Positions 59,740-64,000 of a stretch of 64,000 bases of DNA are shown here, one piece after another. The notes beneath the pieces were generated by a model, which saw nothing but the letters and a program-made list of their open reading frames with translations, did no database searches and was not told where the DNA came from. The position numbers and the translations under genes were made by a program. Source of the DNA: Chloroflexota bacterium (GTDB lineage: Bacteria; Chloroflexota; UBA6077; JACCZL01); NCBI GenBank assembly GCA_030447245.1, contig JAUJPG010000004.1:16843-80842 (forward strand). Reading direction: 5' to 3'. How positions within the stretch are numbered: position 1 is the first letter of the stretch; every line of letters begins with the position of its first letter.

Positions 59740-61806
59740 ATGAACGGCGCATCCCTCTCGGACGCCGCCCCCAGCCTTCGCTTTGGCATCGACGTCGGAG
59801 GGACCTTCACCGACGTCGTCGCGTACGACGAACGGGCGGGCACCCTCGTATCGCTCAAGGTGCCGACCACCCCCGAGGACCAGTCGGCCGGCGTCATGGC
59901 CGGGATTGACGTCCTCCTGGGGGACGGTACGATTGGCGCTGTCGTGCACGGGACGACGGCCGTCACCAACGCCCTGCTCGAAGGGCGAGGGGCGTCGGTC
60001 GCGTTGGTCACCACCCGCGGCTTCCGCGACGTCCTGGAGATTGCGCGGCTGGCCCGGGAGGCCGGCTTGTATGAGCTAGTCCGGCCGGGCCGGCCCGATC
60101 CACCGGTGCCACGCCACCGCCGCCTGGAAGTGGCGGAGCGGCTACGCCACGACGGCTCGGTCCTGGACACGCTGACCGAGGACGAGTGTCGGCGGGTCGC
60201 GGCGCGGGTCGGCGAGCTTGACGTCGAAGCCGCGGCCGTCTGCCTGCTCCACAGCTACGCCAACCCTGAGCACGAGCGGGCCCTCAAGGCGGCGTTGGCC
60301 GACGCGGCCCCGCACGTCTGCGTCTCCTCCGAGATCAACGCAGAGTTCCGCGAGTACGAGCGGACCAGCACGACCGTTCTGAATGCGTCCGTCATGCCGA
60401 TCGCGGCTCGCTACATGGCGCGGCTCGCTCGAGCGCTCGGCCTACGCGCGGCCGAGGCCCCGCTCCACATCGTCCAATCCAGCGGCGGGATGATGTCGGC
60501 GGCGACGGCCGCTGAGCAGCCGCTGCGGATGGTCATGTCGGGCCCGGCCGCCGGAGTCGCCGCCGCCCAGTACCTTCTCCGGCACCTCGACGTCCCAAGT
60601 GCCGTAACGTTCGACATGGGCGGGACCAGCACCGACGTCTGCCTGATCTCTCACGGCGTGTTGAGTACCGTCCGCGAGCGCAAGCTGAACGGCTGGCCGG
60701 TCCGGGTACCGTCGGTCGCGGTTGAGAGCATCGGCGCCGGTGGCGGCTCGTTGGCGTGGCTGGATGCCACCGGGGCGCTCCGCGTTGGCCCGCGTAGCGC
60801 CGGCGCGCACCCTGGCCCGGCAGCCTACGGCCTGGGCGGCACAGAGCCAACGGTCACCGACGCCAACGTGGCCCTCGGCTTGATCCGTGATGGTCTGGTG
60901 TTCGGGCGTGGCGCCATCAGCGTCGATCGGGCCCTCGCCGAGCAGGCGATCGGACAGATCGCCGAACCGCTCGGCTTGGGACTCGTCCAAACTGCCCGCG
61001 GGATCGTCGAAGTCGCGAACGCGAACATGCTGCGCGCCATCAGGCTGGTCTCGGTTCAGCGAGGCGTCGATCCGCGCGATCTGACGCTCGTCGCCTACGG
61101 CGGCGCCGGCCCGCTCCACGCGACCCGGCTGGCCCAGGCGATGGGCATGCCGCGCGTGCTGATCCCAGCCTACTCCAGCGCGTTTTCGGCACTCGGCTGC
61201 CTCGTGTCCGAGCTGCGTTACGATGTGGTCCGCACATTCCGCCGCCAGCTCGCCGCCATCGACCAGGATGAGCTCGGCGCGCAGTTCGAGGAGCTCGAAA
61301 CGTCGGCCCGCGCGCCGCTCGAGCGCGAGGGACACGGCCGCGAGCAGATTGTCACCCGCCGTAGTCTGGACCTCCGCTACGCCGGCCAGAACTACGAGCT
61401 GGAGGTGCCGCTCGACGGCGGCGCGGCCGGGCTCGCGTACGCCGAGATCCGCCGCCGCTTCTACGACCAGCACCGCGCGCTGTACACCTACGCCACTGAC
61501 GAGGCGGTCGAGTGCGTGACGCTCAGGGTGGCCGCGCTGGTCCCGAGCACCCTCCTTCGACTCCCGCGACGCACCCCGACCGGTTCGGAGCGGCTGGCTG
61601 AAGACCACCCATGCACGCTGCCTGGCCTGGGAAGCGGCGTCGGCGAGGCGCGAGTGACCGTCTATAACCGTTCGGGCCTTGGCGTCGACGACCCTATCTC
61701 CGGGCCAGCCCTCATCGAGGACGAGCAATCAACGACCGTCATCCTCGCCGGGCAGACTGCTCGGTCCGACGCGCTCGGAAACCTCTTCGTGGACGTGCCG
61801 ACGTGA
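59740..61806 (+). CDS. hyuA: hydantoinase/oxoprolinase family, A subunit
   Basis: FGIDVGGTFTDVV N-terminus and hydantoinase A core. Confidence 0.8.
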   Translation: MNGASLSDAAPSLRFGIDVGGTFTDVVAYDERAGTLVSLKVPTTPEDQSAGVMAGIDVLLGDGTIGAVVHGTTAVTNALLEGRGASVALVTTRGFRDVLEIARLAREAGLYELVRPGRPDPPVPRHRRLEVAERLRHDGSVLDTLTEDECRRVAARVGELDVEAAAVCLLHSYANPEHERALKAALADAAPHVCVSSEINAEFREYERTSTTVLNASVMPIAARYMARLARALGLRAAEAPLHIVQSSGGMMSAATAAEQPLRMVMSGPAAGVAAAQYLLRHLDVPSAVTFDMGGTSTDVCLISHGVLSTVRERKLNGWPVRVPSVAVESIGAGGGSLAWLDATGALRVGPRSAGAHPGPAAYGLGGTEPTVTDANVALGLIRDGLVFGRGAISVDRALAEQAIGQIAEPLGLGLVQTARGIVEVANANMLRAIRLVSVQRGVDPRDLTLVAYGGAGPLHATRLAQAMGMPRVLIPAYSSAFSALGCLVSELRYDVVRTFRRQLAAIDQDELGAQFEELETSARAPLEREGHGREQIVTRRSLDLRYAGQNYELEVPLDGGAAGLAYAEIRRRFYDQHRALYTYATDEAVECVTLRVAALVPSTLLRLPRRTPTGSERLAEDHPCTLPGLGSGVGEARVTVYNRSGLGVDDPISGPALIEDEQSTTVILAGQTARSDALGNLFVDVPT

Positions 61807-63431
61807 CCGCCATAGACGCGGTCACGCTGGAGGTAGTCCGCAACGCGATCTTCTCGGTGGCCGAGGAGATGCGGGTCATCGTCATGCGCTCTGCGCGGTC
61901 GCCACTGCTCAAGGAGGCCGGCGACCTGTCGTGTGTGCTAACCGACGCGCGGGGCCGGCTGATCGCCCAGGGTAATCTGGACAACCCGATCCACCTGGGC
62001 GTCATGTGCTTCACGGTCAAGGAATTCTTGAAGCGCTTCCCGCCCGAGACACTGCGCGACGGTGACGTCTTCTACACCAACGCACCGACCGTCGGGGGCA
62101 ACCACCTGCCAGACGTCAAGGCGATCAAGCCAATCTTCTGGGAAGGCGAGCTCGTCGCGTTCTCAGTCAACCTGAGCCACTGGCCCGATGTCGGTGGCGC
62201 GCTGCCGGGCAGTTACGTCCCATGGGCGACCGACTTGACCCAGGAGGGGCTGCACATCACGCCGGTCCGCCTGTTCGATGCCGACGGGCCGGTCCGTGAG
62301 ACGCTCGACCTCATTCTGGCCAACGTCCGCGGCCGCGTCGAGCGCGAAGGCGACATCCACGCCCAACGCGCCGCTGCCGAGGTCGCCGCGCGGCGGCTCC
62401 ACGAAATCTTCGCACAGTTCGGCACGCCGACCGTCCTGTCCTGCTTCGAACGAATGATGAACGAGTCGGGCCAGCTCATGCGAGCCGCGCTGACGGAGGT
62501 GCCGGACGGCGTCTACGTCGGTGAAGACTGGATGGACGACGACGGCATCGTCGACCAGCCGATCCGGATCAGGGTCCGGGTCACGATTGCTGGTGACACA
62601 GCGACCTTCGACTTCGACGCAACGGATCCGCAGGCCCGCGGTCCGATCAACACGACGTACTTCATCGCTTGCTCGTCGGTCTACTACGTTTGCAAGGCGC
62701 TGCTCGGTCCCGACATCCCAGCCAATGACGGCCTGTACCGTGCGCTGACCGTCAACGTCCCCGAGGGGACCCTGCTCAACCCGGCGCCACACGCACCGAT
62801 CGTTGGCGGCAACCACGAAACCTCGCAGCGCGTCGCCGACGCCTTGTTCGTCGCCTTCGCCCAGGCGATCCCCGAGCGGGTCCAGGCCGGCGGGATTACC
62901 ACCTCGGGACTGGCCGTCGTGACCGGGCGCTGGCCGAACGGGACGCCGTTCACGCTGTATGAGGTCCATGGCGGAGGCGAAGGCGGCAGCCTGCATCGAG
63001 ACGGGCTGTCCGCGCTCCGGGTGCACATGGCAAACACGATGAACACCCCGGTCGAGGTGATCGAGCACGAGTATCCGCTGTTCGTTGAGGAGAGCGCCTT
63101 GCGTGACGGCAGCGCGGGCGCCGGCCGCCAGCGCGGTGGCCTCGGAATCCGACGCCTCTACCGAATCGCCAACGCCGAGGCCCGTCTAACCACGATGATC
63201 GAGCGCTGCATCGTCCCGCCGTACGGCCTGCTTGGCGGCGCGCCCGGTGAGCCGAGTCGCGTAAGCCTCGACCGGGATGGTGAGCAGCGAACGATCAAGG
63301 GCAAGGAGAGCGTGGTCCTCCAACACGGAGACCTCGTCACGGTCGAAACCGCCGGCGGTGGCGGGTATGGGCCGCCTGTCGAGCGCTCGGCCGAGCTGGC
63401 CCAGAGGGACCTGCGCGAAGGTTACGGGTGA
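61803..63431 (+). CDS. hyuB: hydantoinase/oxoprolinase family, B subunit
   Basis: DAVTLEVVRNAIFSVAEEMRVIVMRSARSPLLKEAGDLSCVL and GGNH motifs; 4-bp overlap with hyuA. Confidence 0.8.
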   Translation: MTAIDAVTLEVVRNAIFSVAEEMRVIVMRSARSPLLKEAGDLSCVLTDARGRLIAQGNLDNPIHLGVMCFTVKEFLKRFPPETLRDGDVFYTNAPTVGGNHLPDVKAIKPIFWEGELVAFSVNLSHWPDVGGALPGSYVPWATDLTQEGLHITPVRLFDADGPVRETLDLILANVRGRVEREGDIHAQRAAAEVAARRLHEIFAQFGTPTVLSCFERMMNESGQLMRAALTEVPDGVYVGEDWMDDDGIVDQPIRIRVRVTIAGDTATFDFDATDPQARGPINTTYFIACSSVYYVCKALLGPDIPANDGLYRALTVNVPEGTLLNPAPHAPIVGGNHETSQRVADALFVAFAQAIPERVQAGGITTSGLAVVTGRWPNGTPFTLYEVHGGGEGGSLHRDGLSALRVHMANTMNTPVEVIEHEYPLFVEESALRDGSAGAGRQRGGLGIRRLYRIANAEARLTTMIERCIVPPYGLLGGAPGEPSRVSLDRDGEQRTIKGKESVVLQHGDLVTVETAGGGGYGPPVERSAELAQRDLREGYG

Positions 63432-63468
63432 CAACTGCATCGGTCGCCCGGGCGAGGCGATCGGGTCG

Positions 63469-64000
63469 ATGGAGTGGGCCGTGACTGACTTCCTGACCGA
63501 GCGCGAGCAGCAGGAATCTCCCGCCCTGGAGACGAGCTCCGGGCGTCCCAAGCTCCAGGGGAAGGTCGCCATAGTGACCGGTGGCGCCAAGGGGATGGGC
63601 GGCACCATCTGTGAGCTATTCGCACGCGAGGGCGCGAGCCTCATGCTGGCCGCCCGCGACCGCGCCGCGCTGGACTCCGAGATCGACCGCGTCCGCGGCA
63701 TCGTACCCTCCGTCCGCGCATCCACCACGCCCGTGGACGTGACCGACGAGACGTCAGTCCAACGCATGGTCCGCAAAGCCCTCGACGACTACGGTCGGGT
63801 CGACATCCTGGTCAATGCGGCCGGGACCACTGGCCCGATCGAGACGCCGGCCCACGAGGTGTCTGCCGAGGCTTGGGACGAAACGCTCGACGTCAATGCC
63901 AAGGGTACGTTCCTGTGCTGCAAGGCCATCCTGCCGCACATGATCGCGCACCGCGATGGCAAAATCGTGAACATCGGCGGCACCTCCGGCCTGCGCGGCT
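63469..64000 (+). CDS. short-chain dehydrogenase/reductase (SDR), 3'-truncated by window end
   Basis: KVAIVTGGAKGMG cofactor motif, NAAG motif; no stop before window end. Confidence 0.7.
   Translation, partial: MEWAVTDFLTEREQQESPALETSSGRPKLQGKVAIVTGGAKGMGGTICELFAREGASLMLAARDRAALDSEIDRVRGIVPSVRASTTPVDVTDETSVQRMVRKALDDYGRVDILVNAAGTTGPIETPAHEVSAEAWDETLDVNAKGTFLCCKAILPHMIAHRDGKIVNIGGTSGLRG

Overview
High-GC (~68-70%) bacterial chromosomal window, probably Chloroflexota (Thermomicrobia-like) or Actinomycetota by gene content (inference only). All calls are from reading the six-frame translations and the nucleotide sequence by eye; no searches were run, and coordinates of start codons and short repeats may be off by a few bases. 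Most of the window is housekeeping: obg-nadD, an archaeal-type polyamine operon pdaD-speH-speE-speB, trmI, miaB, dtd, glgP, typA/bipA, ddl, panE, ridA, an ABC-F ATPase and a hydantoinase A/B pair. Two regions look accessory. Region 17.7-26.1 kb is a decaying island: a CSLREA-type beta-helix pseudogene split by an IS630-family element with inverted repeats and TA flanks, a frameshifted BNR-repeat gene, two Uma2-endonuclease remnants, and a small ribbon-helix-helix gene whose RBS and start codon sit inside a perfect 14-bp hairpin. Region 44.9-52.4 kb is a cluster of secreted proteins next to a STAND/LuxR regulator. The best candidate for something undescribed is a Cys-containing secreted protein family I do not recognise, present in four copies (two intact, two degraded) across both regions, together with a recurring GTAC-containing palindromic motif (AAACCCCGTACT / CCCCGTACTAGTACGGGG). 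Other unusual items are a Mur-ligase/alpha-beta-hydrolase fusion between a second spermidine-synthase paralogue and ddl, a DUF4331-sortase-TPR-NicO operon directly after nadD, and an HtpX-like protein lacking HExxH paired with LemA. No rRNA, tRNA or CRISPR array was seen.
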